DNA from: Blastocatellia bacterium
GTDB lineage: Bacteria > Acidobacteriota > Blastocatellia > UBA7656
Length of the DNA stretch: 64,000 nt
Assembly (NCBI GenBank): GCA_963765495.1
Contig: CAVXWP010000001.1
Location: forward strand, 384,001-448,000
Direction: 5' to 3'
Shown here piece by piece: positions 50,232 to 59,793 of this stretch. The translations under genes were made by a program, and so were the position numbers. The notes below the pieces were generated by a model. That model was not told the DNA's origin and made no database searches. It worked only from the letters and a program-made list of their open reading frames with translations. Numbering within the stretch: position 1 is the first letter of the stretch; the number at the start of each line of letters is the position of its first letter.

Positions 50232-52739
50232 ATGTTGCGCGGGCTGATTTTATGCTTTCTGCTGATGCTCTTAGCCGTGCTCCCGCCTGCGCGCCACGCG
50301 CAAGACGAAAAAGCCGGCGATGAGTTCAATAAATCCGTTCAGCCGTTCTTCTCTAAAAATTGCTACCTCTGCCATAATTCGGAGCTCAAGTCGGGCAACC
50401 TCAATCTTGAAGCCTACAAAACCGCCGACGCAATCAAGCAGGACGGAAATAGACTGGATCGCGTACTTCAAAAACTCAGCGCGGGCGAGATGCCTCCGAA
50501 AGGGATGCCTCGCCCCGATGAGACTGAGCTCAAGACCATCATTCGATGGCTTGAGTCCGAAACCAAACGGGCAAACGCCCCGACCGCGCCCGACCCCGGG
50601 CGTGTTACGGCCCGGCGGCTGAACCGCACCGAATATAACAACACGGTGCGCGACCTGCTCGGCGTAGACCTGCGCCCGGCCGATGATTTCCCTCAGGACG
50701 ATTCCGGGTATGGTTTCGACAACATTGGCGATGTGCTTTCGCTTTCGCCTGCGCTGATGGAAAAATATATCGCTTCCGCAGAAAAGATAGCTCGCGCCGC
50801 CGTATTCGGCCCCGAACAGATGAAGCCTACGCTTGTGCGTCCGAAGGCCATCTGGCGGATGATAAAGCCAAGCCCCGTACCGCTCAAGGATTACGACCTT
50901 ACGGGGCTCAGCCTGCCAAATTCGACTCACGTGATATACAGATTCCCGACCGACGGAGAATACGTCATCCGAGCCATGATGGGCGGCGAACGCCCGAGAG
51001 CGAGCGAAGCCATTCAGGTCATCCTGTGGGTTGACGGGCACGAGGTTCAGACGCTCGATCTCGATATCGAAGGCGGGGGTTCTTTTTCCGACGACCGTCA
51101 GGAATTTTACGGCTGGACGCGGGAGTTCCGCGCAAAGCTCACGGCGGGCGAGCACTGGATCGCGGTTTCAATCCCTCGCCTGTACGAAGGATTGCCGCCG
51201 GAATACGGCGGGCCGAACCCATCCAAAAGGCCCAAGCCGCCGCCGCCGGTATTCAAACCGCCACGCGATGCCACGCCCGAGCGAATCGAAGAGTTGAGAA
51301 AGAAATTTGAGGAGCGGCTGGCAACACCCGCGCCCGCAAACGCCGTGCGAATCAACTCGCTCGAGATCGGCGGCCCGTATCAACAGGCGAAAACGCCTTC
51401 GGTCGAAAGCCTGAAACGCATCTATGTATGCGGTCATCTCGACGGACATCATCAACCCGGATGCGCTCGGAAGATAATAGCCAGCCTCGCGCACAGGGCA
51501 TACCGCCGCCCCGTGACCGAAGAAGAGATCGACCAGCTTGTCAAACTGTGCGCGCTTGCCCGCGAGCAGGGCGATTCATTTGAAGAAGGAATTTGCCTGT
51601 CGATACAGGCGATGCTCGTTTCGCCTCATTTTCTTTTCCGCATAGAAAGAGATCGCGGCGATCAAAAGCGGGGCGATCAAAAGCGGGGGGATCAAAAGGC
51701 ACAGGCGGCCGAACCCGTAAGCCAGCACGAACTGGCCTCGCGGCTCTCTTATTTTTTGTGGAGCACGATGCCCGACGACCAGTTGCTCGGGCTTGCAGAC
51801 CAGGGCACGCTCAGCAACCCCCGCGTGCTTGCCGCCGAGGTGCGCCGTATGCTCAAGGACCCGAAATCGCGTGCGCTGGTTGAAAACTTTGGCGGCCAGT
51901 GGCTGGAACTCAGAAAGCTGGAATCGGTCAAACCCGACAAAAACCGTTTCCCCGAATTTGATGAATACCTGCGAATATCGATGCGGCGCGAGACCGAATT
52001 GTTTTTTGACTACATCGTCCACGAAGATCGAAGCATACTCGATTTCATCGACGCAAACTACACCTTTATCAACGAGCCGCTGGCTGCGCTCTACAATATT
52101 CCAGACATCAAAGGGCCTGAGTTTCGCAAAGTCACGCTGGCCTCAGACACCGGGCGGGGCGGCATACTTACGCAACCCGCCATCCTGACCGTCTCTTCCT
52201 ACGCCACACGCACCTCGCCCGTGCTGCGCGGCAAATGGATTTTAGGAAACCTTTTGAACGCGCCTCCGCCGCCTCCGCCGCCCGATGTGCCTAACCTGAA
52301 CGAAGCAGCCGTAGGCTCATCGGCATCGCTCAGACAGCAACTCGAAGAGCACCGCAAGAATGCTACCTGCGCTTCCTGTCATTCGCGGATGGACCCGCTC
52401 GGGTTCGGTCTGGAAAACTTCAACGCCATCGGCGCGTGGAGGACTATGGACGGGAAATTCCCGATAGATTCATCGGGCGTGCTGCCCGACGGTAGAAAAT
52501 TTCAGGGGCCGCAGGAGTTGAAAGCTATTCTCAAGGCCGACCGCGACGGCTTCACCGAAGGGTTGACTGAAAAGCTGCTGACTTATGCTTTGGGCCGGGG
52601 GCTTGAACCCTATGATAAACCGGCTGTGAAAGAGATAGCCGGTCGCGTAGCCGCCGACGATTACCGCTTTTCAAGCCTCGTGCTTGAGATCGTCAAGAGC
52701 CTGCCGTTTCAAATGCGAAGAGGGAACCAATCGCCATGA
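50232..52739 (+). CDS. DUF1592 (PSD1-5 / planctomycete cytochrome c) protein
   Basis: CYLCH and CASCH heme motifs, RRLNRTEYNNTVRDL, ELASRLSYFLW, TSPVLRGKW; start at ATG 50232. Confidence 0.92.
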   Translation: MLRGLILCFLLMLLAVLPPARHAQDEKAGDEFNKSVQPFFSKNCYLCHNSELKSGNLNLEAYKTADAIKQDGNRLDRVLQKLSAGEMPPKGMPRPDETELKTIIRWLESETKRANAPTAPDPGRVTARRLNRTEYNNTVRDLLGVDLRPADDFPQDDSGYGFDNIGDVLSLSPALMEKYIASAEKIARAAVFGPEQMKPTLVRPKAIWRMIKPSPVPLKDYDLTGLSLPNSTHVIYRFPTDGEYVIRAMMGGERPRASEAIQVILWVDGHEVQTLDLDIEGGGSFSDDRQEFYGWTREFRAKLTAGEHWIAVSIPRLYEGLPPEYGGPNPSKRPKPPPPVFKPPRDATPERIEELRKKFEERLATPAPANAVRINSLEIGGPYQQAKTPSVESLKRIYVCGHLDGHHQPGCARKIIASLAHRAYRRPVTEEEIDQLVKLCALAREQGDSFEEGICLSIQAMLVSPHFLFRIERDRGDQKRGDQKRGDQKAQAAEPVSQHELASRLSYFLWSTMPDDQLLGLADQGTLSNPRVLAAEVRRMLKDPKSRALVENFGGQWLELRKLESVKPDKNRFPEFDEYLRISMRRETELFFDYIVHEDRSILDFIDANYTFINEPLAALYNIPDIKGPEFRKVTLASDTGRGGILTQPAILTVSSYATRTSPVLRGKWILGNLLNAPPPPPPPDVPNLNEAAVGSSASLRQQLEEHRKNATCASCHSRMDPLGFGLENFNAIGAWRTMDGKFPIDSSGVLPDGRKFQGPQELKAILKADRDGFTEGLTEKLLTYALGRGLEPYDKPAVKEIAGRVAADDYRFSSLVLEIVKSLPFQMRRGNQSP
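51657..51698 (+). repeat. 15-bp in-frame tandem repeat, (GDQKR)x2 plus GDQK
   Basis: GGCGATCAAAAGCGG repeated. Confidence 0.85.
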
Positions 52740-54088
52740 TCATCACACGAAAGCAATTGCCAAGACGAACTTTTCTCAAAGGGATGGGAACGGCTGTCGC
52801 CCTGCCCCTGCTCGATTGCATGCGACCGGCTCTGGCGCAGGCAAACACGGTTGCGAAACCGCCCGTTCGCCTCGCCTTCGTTTACGTGCCGAATGGAATC
52901 GTCATGGAGGATTGGACGCCAAAAGCGACAGGCAGTGATTTTGAATTCACGCGCATACTCAAACCTCTGGAACCTTACCGCAAAGACCTGTTCGTGCTCT
53001 CGGGGCTTGCGGCTCATAACGGAAACGCGCTCGGCGACGGGCCGGGCGATCACGCGCGGGCGGGAGCCTCATTCCTGACCGGCGTCCATTGCAGAAAGAC
53101 CGCAGGCGTAGATATCCACAACGGCATCTCAGCCGATCAGATAGCGGCTCAACGGCTGGCTTCCGAAACGCGGCTCCCGTCCATAGAACTCGGCTGCGAA
53201 GATTCGCGCACAGTAGGCGAATGCGACTCGGGCTACAGTTGCGCCTATACCAACAGCATCTCGTGGCGCAGCCCGACCACGCCGATGCCGCCTGAGATCA
53301 ACCCCCGCTCGGCATTCGAGCGGTTGTTTGGAACAGCCGATCTGAGTCTGGACCCGAAGACTCGCGCCCGCCGCGCAATGTATCGCAAGAGCATTCTCGA
53401 TATGGTCCGCCAGGACACCGAAGGGCTCGTAAAGACGCTCGGGCAAACAGACCGCCGCAAGATGGATGAATACCTGACGGCGATTCGCGAAATAGAGACC
53501 CGAATCGAGAAGGCCGAACAGGAGAACTACGAGGCGGCACCGCCTATCGAAAAACCCGCCGGGATTCCATTCACCTTTTCCGATTACGTAAAGCTGATGT
53601 TCGATCTTCAGATAATAGCCTTCAAGGCCGATATAACTCGCGTGTCCACGTTGATGATCGCGCGTGAAGGCAGCGTGCGAAGCTACCCGGAAATAGATGT
53701 CCCCGACCCGCACCACCCGCTCACGCATCATCGCGGGAACGTCGAGTGGATAGCCAGAGTCAGCAAGATAAACTCTCTGCACGTAGAGTTGTTCTCTTAC
53801 TTTTTGAACCGGATGAAGACCACCGAAGACGGCGACGGGACCTTGCTCGATCATTCGATGATCGTTTACGGCAGCGGATTGAGCGACGGCAATCGCCACG
53901 AGCACGAAGACCTGCCCATCCTGCTTGCGGGACGCGGCGACGGCAGTCTCAAACCCGGGCGGCACATTCTTTATCCGCAGGAAACGCCCCTTACAAACCT
54001 CTATCTCGCGCTGCTGGATCGTTGCGGCGTGCGATCGGAAAGCATCGGCGACAGCAACGGCAAACTTGATCGCCTGACCGATCTCTGA
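52736..54088 (+). CDS. DUF1552 (HXXSHH) protein, Tat signal
   Basis: PRRTFLKG, YVPNG, HHPLTHH, GNRHEH; ATGA overlap with DUF1592. Confidence 0.92.
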   Translation: MIITRKQLPRRTFLKGMGTAVALPLLDCMRPALAQANTVAKPPVRLAFVYVPNGIVMEDWTPKATGSDFEFTRILKPLEPYRKDLFVLSGLAAHNGNALGDGPGDHARAGASFLTGVHCRKTAGVDIHNGISADQIAAQRLASETRLPSIELGCEDSRTVGECDSGYSCAYTNSISWRSPTTPMPPEINPRSAFERLFGTADLSLDPKTRARRAMYRKSILDMVRQDTEGLVKTLGQTDRRKMDEYLTAIREIETRIEKAEQENYEAAPPIEKPAGIPFTFSDYVKLMFDLQIIAFKADITRVSTLMIAREGSVRSYPEIDVPDPHHPLTHHRGNVEWIARVSKINSLHVELFSYFLNRMKTTEDGDGTLLDHSMIVYGSGLSDGNRHEHEDLPILLAGRGDGSLKPGRHILYPQETPLTNLYLALLDRCGVRSESIGDSNGKLDRLTDL

Positions 54089-54137
54089 AATCTCAGATCG
54101 GCAACGGCACGCGAGATTTCAGAAAGTCCGAATTGCC

Positions 54138-55835
54138 ATGAAAGCAATTATCCTCTTACTTCCCTATCTGTGGGCCATCGCCGCCGCCCCCACTCTGGAA
54201 ATCAAAGTAGATCAGGTCGGATACTTGCCCGACGCGCCAAAGCTCGCCCTTGTCGTTTCAAAGAATGCCGGGGATGACTTCACCGTGCGCCGCTCAGGTG
54301 ACGGCTCGGTAGTTTTTCGCGGCAAGCTCGCGGCAGAGGCAAAAGACGCGGATTCGGGCGACGATGTCCGCGTGGCCGATTTTACTGACCTCGGCAAGAG
54401 CGGAAAGTATTTTCTTGAAGTTTCCGGTGTAGGCAGAAGCTGGGATTTTCAGATCGCCGCAGATGTGTACTCGCGCGCCTACTATCTTGCGATGCGGTCG
54501 TTTTACGGGCAGCGATGCGGCACCGGGGTAGATTTGGGGCCGGAGTTTCCCGGCTACAAACACGAGGCGTGTCATTTGACGGGCGCCTACCACGAATCCT
54601 CCGGCAAGACTGGCCCGCGCAAATCGGCCGGAGGCTGGCACGACGCGGGCGATTACGGTCGCTACACGGTAAATTCTGGGCTTTCAACCGGCACATTGCT
54701 GTGGACGTGGGAAATGTTTGGAGACCGAATCAAAAAGATAAATCTCAACATCCCGGAATCCAATAATAAGACGCCCGATATTCTGGACGAGATAAGATGG
54801 AATCTCGACTGGATGCTCTCGATGCAGGACGCCGACGGCGGCGTGTGGCACAAGCAGACAAGCGAACAGTTTTGCGCTTTTGTCATGCCCGAAAAAGACA
54901 AATCGGTGAGCTATGTGATCGGGACGGGAAAAGAGCCCTACAAGAGCACATGCGCGACTGCCGATTTCGCTTCGGTGATGGCAATCGCCGCGCGTCTCTA
55001 CAGGACTTTCGATACCACCTATTCAAATGAATGCCTGAAGGCCGCCAGGCGCGCGTGGGTGTGGCTCGATAAATATCCACACGTGTGGTTTCGAAATCCC
55101 CCGGGCGTAGGCACCGGAGCTTACGGAGACGCCAACTGCGAAGACGAGCTATTGTGGGCTTCGGCCGAGTTATGGCGAACGACCGGAGAGGAGACCTATA
55201 ACCGCTACTTTCTTGAGCATTACGCCGAATACCGAAAAACGATTCGAGACACGGGGCCGCAAGGATGGCCAAACGTCGCGCCGATGGCTTTGTGGACTTA
55301 CGCGCTCGGAAAGGGAAAAGACCGGGAAGCCGTCGCCGCAATTCGTCAGGATACATTGAGCGCGGCCGATAAAATAGTCGAGCGGTCCAGCCAAAACGGA
55401 TACCGAATCAGCCTGACTTCGGCAGAATACGGATGGGGGTCAAACGGCGTCGTAGCAAATTACGGCATGGAGCTTCTTGTGGCAAACGCGCTGCAACCCG
55501 ACAGGCGTTACTATCAGGCGGCGCTCGATAACCTCCATTATCTGCTTGGTCGAAACACCTTTTCGCTTTCGTGGGTCACGCGAGTCGGGGAAAATCCTTA
55601 CAGGCATCCGCATCACCGTCCGAGCGGGGCCGACAACAATCAGGAGCCCTGGCCGGGACTGCTCTCGGGCGGCCCGAACCGGAGACGCCAGGATCAGGCA
55701 ATGAAGAAATTGCCCGACCTGCCCCCCGCCAAAATGTACCTTGATGAAGAAGAAGCCTACGCGGCAAATGAAGTGGCCATCAACTGGAATGCGCCTCTGG
55801 TCTTTTTGCTGGCTGGCACCCTGCCTGAAAAATGA
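54138..55835 (+). CDS. GH9 endoglucanase with N-terminal Ig (CelD_N) domain
   Basis: DQVGY, GGWHDAGDYG, HPHHR, NEVAINWNA. Confidence 0.93.
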   Translation: MKAIILLLPYLWAIAAAPTLEIKVDQVGYLPDAPKLALVVSKNAGDDFTVRRSGDGSVVFRGKLAAEAKDADSGDDVRVADFTDLGKSGKYFLEVSGVGRSWDFQIAADVYSRAYYLAMRSFYGQRCGTGVDLGPEFPGYKHEACHLTGAYHESSGKTGPRKSAGGWHDAGDYGRYTVNSGLSTGTLLWTWEMFGDRIKKINLNIPESNNKTPDILDEIRWNLDWMLSMQDADGGVWHKQTSEQFCAFVMPEKDKSVSYVIGTGKEPYKSTCATADFASVMAIAARLYRTFDTTYSNECLKAARRAWVWLDKYPHVWFRNPPGVGTGAYGDANCEDELLWASAELWRTTGEETYNRYFLEHYAEYRKTIRDTGPQGWPNVAPMALWTYALGKGKDREAVAAIRQDTLSAADKIVERSSQNGYRISLTSAEYGWGSNGVVANYGMELLVANALQPDRRYYQAALDNLHYLLGRNTFSLSWVTRVGENPYRHPHHRPSGADNNQEPWPGLLSGGPNRRRQDQAMKKLPDLPPAKMYLDEEEAYAANEVAINWNAPLVFLLAGTLPEK

Positions 55836-55932
55836 TGCGCTCAATGATGCGTGATCCGTGATTCACCAGGCTTGCGAGTTGTCTTAATACTGCGGCCTGC
55901 CTGATAATCACGCATCACGGATCACGCATCAC
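55833..55932. repeat. Heptamer-arm inverted-repeat element, copy 9
   Basis: Core GTGATTCACCAGGCTTGCGAGTTGTCTTAATACTGCGGCCTGCCTGATAATCAC. Confidence 0.88.
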
Positions 55933-55936
55933 TTCT

Positions 55937-57079
55937 TTACTTAGCGGAGAATTTATAGATGGTCGTCGTTTTGTATTTCTGCCCCGGCTTCAGAGTCGTA
56001 GTCGGAAAGCTTGGATGATTGGGCGAATCCGGGTAATGCTGAGTCTCGAGACAGAAACCCGTTCGCCTGTTGTAGACCTGCCCTCCCTTGCCCGTGATGC
56101 TGCCGTCAAGGAAATTGCCCGTGTAAAACTGCATTCCCGGCTCCGTCGTGTAGACCTCCATCACGCGCCCCGTCTCGGGCTCGTAGACTCTTGCGGCAAG
56201 CGACATCTCGCTGTCTTTTTTGTTCAGCACCCAGTTGTGATCGTATCCTTTGCCGAGAACCATCTGCTCATAATCCTGGTCTATTCGCTCTCCGATGACC
56301 ATCGGTTTTGTGAAATCAAGCGGCGTTCCCTTTACGGCTCGAAGCTCGCCCGTAGGTATCAGCCCGCTATCGACGGGCGTAAATCTGTCGGCGTTGATCA
56401 TCAATTCGTGATTGAGTATCGTGCCCCCGCCCGCGAGGTTGAAATAGGAGTGATGCGTCAGGTTGACGACCGTCGCTTTATCGGTGGTCGCGGTGTAGTC
56501 GATCCTCAGTTCGTTTTTATTCGTCAGCGTGTAGACGACCGTGACCGACAGATTGCCTGGATAACCTTCCTCTCCATCCTTGCTCAGATAGCTGAGCGAC
56601 AGACCGACACCGTCTTTGCCTTTGACCTCTTTTGCCTTCCAAATCCTCTTGTTGAACCCCTTGACCCCACCGTGCAGATGGTTTTCGCCGTCATTTTTTG
56701 CGAGCGTGTAATCGTGCCCGTTTAACGAGAATTTGCCTTTGGCTATGCGATTGCCGTACCGCCCGACGATAGCGCCAAAGAAAGCCGTGTTCCCGACATA
56801 GCCTTCGAGATCGTCGTAACCGAGCACGACATCGGCGAGTTTGCCGTTGCGGTCGGGCACTTTCAGCGATGTCACGATGCCGCCGTAAGTCGTGATCTTT
56901 GCTTCGACCCCATTGGCATTGGTCAGTGTGTAAATCTCGGCCGCCTCCCCGTCGGGCGTTTTGCCGAATGCCTGTTTCGTGATTTGCGGTTTCGTTTCTG
57001 CGTTCATATATGAGGTTCCAATGGGGATGAAAAGAACTCCCAGCAAAAGTACGATTAAAGCTTTTTTCAAATTGCTCAC
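55937..57079 (-). CDS. galM: Aldose 1-epimerase (galactose mutarotase) with signal peptide
   Basis: GRYGNRI, HLHGG, NLTHHSYFNL, FCLETQHYPDSPN. Confidence 0.92.
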   Translation of the reverse strand: MSNLKKALIVLLLGVLFIPIGTSYMNAETKPQITKQAFGKTPDGEAAEIYTLTNANGVEAKITTYGGIVTSLKVPDRNGKLADVVLGYDDLEGYVGNTAFFGAIVGRYGNRIAKGKFSLNGHDYTLAKNDGENHLHGGVKGFNKRIWKAKEVKGKDGVGLSLSYLSKDGEEGYPGNLSVTVVYTLTNKNELRIDYTATTDKATVVNLTHHSYFNLAGGGTILNHELMINADRFTPVDSGLIPTGELRAVKGTPLDFTKPMVIGERIDQDYEQMVLGKGYDHNWVLNKKDSEMSLAARVYEPETGRVMEVYTTEPGMQFYTGNFLDGSITGKGGQVYNRRTGFCLETQHYPDSPNHPSFPTTTLKPGQKYKTTTIYKFSAK

Positions 57080-57236
57080 CTTGACGTCCTCCAGATTCCC
57101 GGTTAGTTTGATCGCTGTCAGATTTCAGGCATAAGAACTAGGTACTTACCTTAGACCGCAAACCCAAGTCAAGCAGTTTTGTTCTTGAGGCGGGCGCTCG
57201 ATCACTTTAAACCGCGCCGCCGGAATTGGAAAAGGC

Positions 57237-59639
57237 ATGAATCTCGAAAAGAAAATCCCAACTGCAACCGTCAAGTACAGCGCCTGTATCCACCTCATCG
57301 TTTTTATCGCAATCGTCCTTGCAGGCGTTCCGTTTGCCGGACACCGATCAAAGGCGCAGTCGCAAGACGGGCAACCCGATTATCGGAATCCGAACCTGCC
57401 CGTCGAGCGGCGGGTTGCCGATCTGTTGAGCCGCATGACGATGGAGGAAAAGGTCGCGCAACTCGTTACGCTGTGGACTCGCAAGCCTCAACAAAAACCG
57501 CTCGACGGCGCGTTTTCCGACCGGGGCGATTTCTCGGTCGAAGCCGCGCGCGAAGTGCTCAAATACGGCATAGGCGAAATCTCTCGCCAGCGCGAAAGAA
57601 AAGGCCCTCGCGCCTCGGCCGTCTATGCCAATGCCGTGCAGAAATTCCTCGTCGAAAACACGCGGCTCGGAATACCGGCCATGTTTCACGACGAAGTCCT
57701 GCACGGCCACATGGCTCCGGGAGGCACATCTTATCCGCAACCGATAGCCCTGGCCGCGAGCTTCGACCCCGAGCTTGTGAGCAGAATCTTTACCGCCGCC
57801 GCGCTTGAAGTGAGAGCGCGTGGCGGGCATCACGTGCTCGGCCCAAACCTCGATCTGGGGCGCGACCCTCGCTGGGGCCGAACCGAAGAGACCTACGGCG
57901 AAGATCCTTACCTCGTCTCTCGAATGGGGGTCGCCTGCATAAAGGCGCTTCAGGGAATCGGCCCCGGTGTTGACGCGAGCCATGTCATCGCCACGGCCAA
58001 ACACTTCACCGCTCACGGCCAACCCGAAGCCGGAACCAATATCGGCCCGGCGAATTTTTCCGAACGCCTCCTGCGCGAGATGTTCCTTCCGTCATTTGAG
58101 GCGGCTGTGAAAGAGGCCGGTGTGATGAGCGTGATGGCTTCTTATAACGAGATTGACGGCGTTCCCTCTCACGCAAATAACTGGCTGCTCGACAGGGTTC
58201 TGCGACAGGAGTGGGGATTTACGGGGCTTGTGGCCGCCGATTATGACGGCATCGCGCAACTCGTAAGCCGCCATCACGTGGCCGCCGATAAAGCCGAAGC
58301 GGCGCGGCTTGCCATAGAGGCCGGCGTAGACATCGAACTCCCCGACCCGGATTGCTACCCTTCACTCCCTCAACTGGTGGCCGATGGAAAAGTATCCGAA
58401 GCCACCCTTGATCGAGCCGTCGCCAGAGTCCTGCGCGCCAAGTTCATGCTCGGACTCTTTGAAAACCCTTATGTTGATCCCGAACGAGCCGTACAGGTGA
58501 CAAACACCGAGGCCAATCACGCGCTTGCCGCCGAGGCCGCGCGCCGTTCGATTGTCTTGCTGAAGAATGCCGGGAATCTCCTGCCGCTCGATTCGACTCG
58601 ACTCAAATCGCTTGCGGTAATCGGCCCCAACGCCGACCGCGCGCACCTGGGCGGCTACAGCGACGACCCCGGTCGCGCGATCAGCATACTCGACGGCGTT
58701 CGCGCAAAAGTAGGCAATCGCGTAAAAATCAATTACGCGCTCGGGTGCCAGATCACAAAGGAAGGCGGCAACTGGTGGGCCGACACTTCGCATTTGAGCG
58801 ACCCGCAGGACGATGCAAAAAATATTGCCGAAGCCGTACGCGTGGCAAAAGAATCTGATGCCGTGGTGCTCGTAGTAGGCGGCAATGAAGACACCAATAA
58901 AGAAGGCTGGGCGGAAAATCATCTTGGCGACCGTGACAGCCTCGAACTCGTGGGCCGCCAAAACGATCTGGTCAAAGCCGTGCTTGAAACCGGCAAGCCT
59001 ACCATAGTCTTTCTGATCAACAGCAGCCCGCTCGCGATTAACTATATCGCCGAAAACGTACCGGCGATACTCGAAGGCTTTTATCTCGGGCAGGAGACGG
59101 GCACGGCGGCGGCAGATGTGCTGTTTGGCGATTACAACCCCGGCGGCAAACTGCCGATCAGTTTTCCGCGTTCGGTAGGCCAGTTGCCGATCTATTACAA
59201 TCAAAAACCGTCGGCCAAACGCGGCTACCTCTTCACAAGCAAAGAGCCACTCTTCCCGTTCGGCTACGGGTTGAGCTACACCACATTCGAATACTCGAAC
59301 CTGAATGTCGAGCCCAAAATCATAGGCCCCGCCGGACGTGCCAGGGTCAGCGTGACGGTGAAAAATACCGGCAAGGTCGCGGGCGATGAAATCGTTCAGA
59401 TGTACATAAGGGACGAAGTGAGTTCGGTGACGAGACCGATAAAAGAGCTAAAAGGTTTCGAGCGAGTGCACCTCGCGCCGGGCGAAAGCAAAACCGTGAG
59501 CTTTGACATCACGCCCGACAAGCTGTGGTTTTATGATCTAAATATGAGGCGAGTGGTAGAGCCGGGAATGTTTTCGATAATGGTCGGTCCCAGCTCAGCC
59601 ACATTCACAACCGTTCGTTTAGAGGTTGCAGACAGGTGA
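57237..59639 (+). CDS. GH3 beta-glucosidase / xylosidase (BglX-like) with Fn3-like C-terminus
   Basis: RDPRWGRTEETYGEDP, AKHF, AADY, FGYGLSYT, ELKGFERV. Confidence 0.93.
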   Translation: MNLEKKIPTATVKYSACIHLIVFIAIVLAGVPFAGHRSKAQSQDGQPDYRNPNLPVERRVADLLSRMTMEEKVAQLVTLWTRKPQQKPLDGAFSDRGDFSVEAAREVLKYGIGEISRQRERKGPRASAVYANAVQKFLVENTRLGIPAMFHDEVLHGHMAPGGTSYPQPIALAASFDPELVSRIFTAAALEVRARGGHHVLGPNLDLGRDPRWGRTEETYGEDPYLVSRMGVACIKALQGIGPGVDASHVIATAKHFTAHGQPEAGTNIGPANFSERLLREMFLPSFEAAVKEAGVMSVMASYNEIDGVPSHANNWLLDRVLRQEWGFTGLVAADYDGIAQLVSRHHVAADKAEAARLAIEAGVDIELPDPDCYPSLPQLVADGKVSEATLDRAVARVLRAKFMLGLFENPYVDPERAVQVTNTEANHALAAEAARRSIVLLKNAGNLLPLDSTRLKSLAVIGPNADRAHLGGYSDDPGRAISILDGVRAKVGNRVKINYALGCQITKEGGNWWADTSHLSDPQDDAKNIAEAVRVAKESDAVVLVVGGNEDTNKEGWAENHLGDRDSLELVGRQNDLVKAVLETGKPTIVFLINSSPLAINYIAENVPAILEGFYLGQETGTAAADVLFGDYNPGGKLPISFPRSVGQLPIYYNQKPSAKRGYLFTSKEPLFPFGYGLSYTTFEYSNLNVEPKIIGPAGRARVSVTVKNTGKVAGDEIVQMYIRDEVSSVTRPIKELKGFERVHLAPGESKTVSFDITPDKLWFYDLNMRRVVEPGMFSIMVGPSSATFTTVRLEVADR

Positions 59640-59661
59640 ATTGCCTGTTTAAGAAAGTGGG

Positions 59662-59765
59662 AATAGGCCAGGACGGACGCGGATGCGACGGATAAACACG
59701 GATTAGACCATGTCAGGTTCAGATCCGCGAAAATCCGTCGCATCCGCGTTTATCCGTGGCCCATT
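59662..59765. repeat. ACGGAT/ATCCG-type inverted repeat; partial second copy at about 37780-37830
   Basis: ACGCGGATGCGACGGAT...ATCCGTCGCATCCGCGT; CAGATCCGCGAAAATCCG also occurs near 37783. Confidence 0.7.
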
Positions 59766-59793
59766 TCAAAATCCCCTGCTTTGGACATTCGAT

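Noticed and set aside
4601-55932. Heptamer-arm elements as a CRISPR array
   Set aside because: They are dispersed, inverted rather than direct repeats, the cores are related to one another rather than unique spacers, and there are no cas genes.
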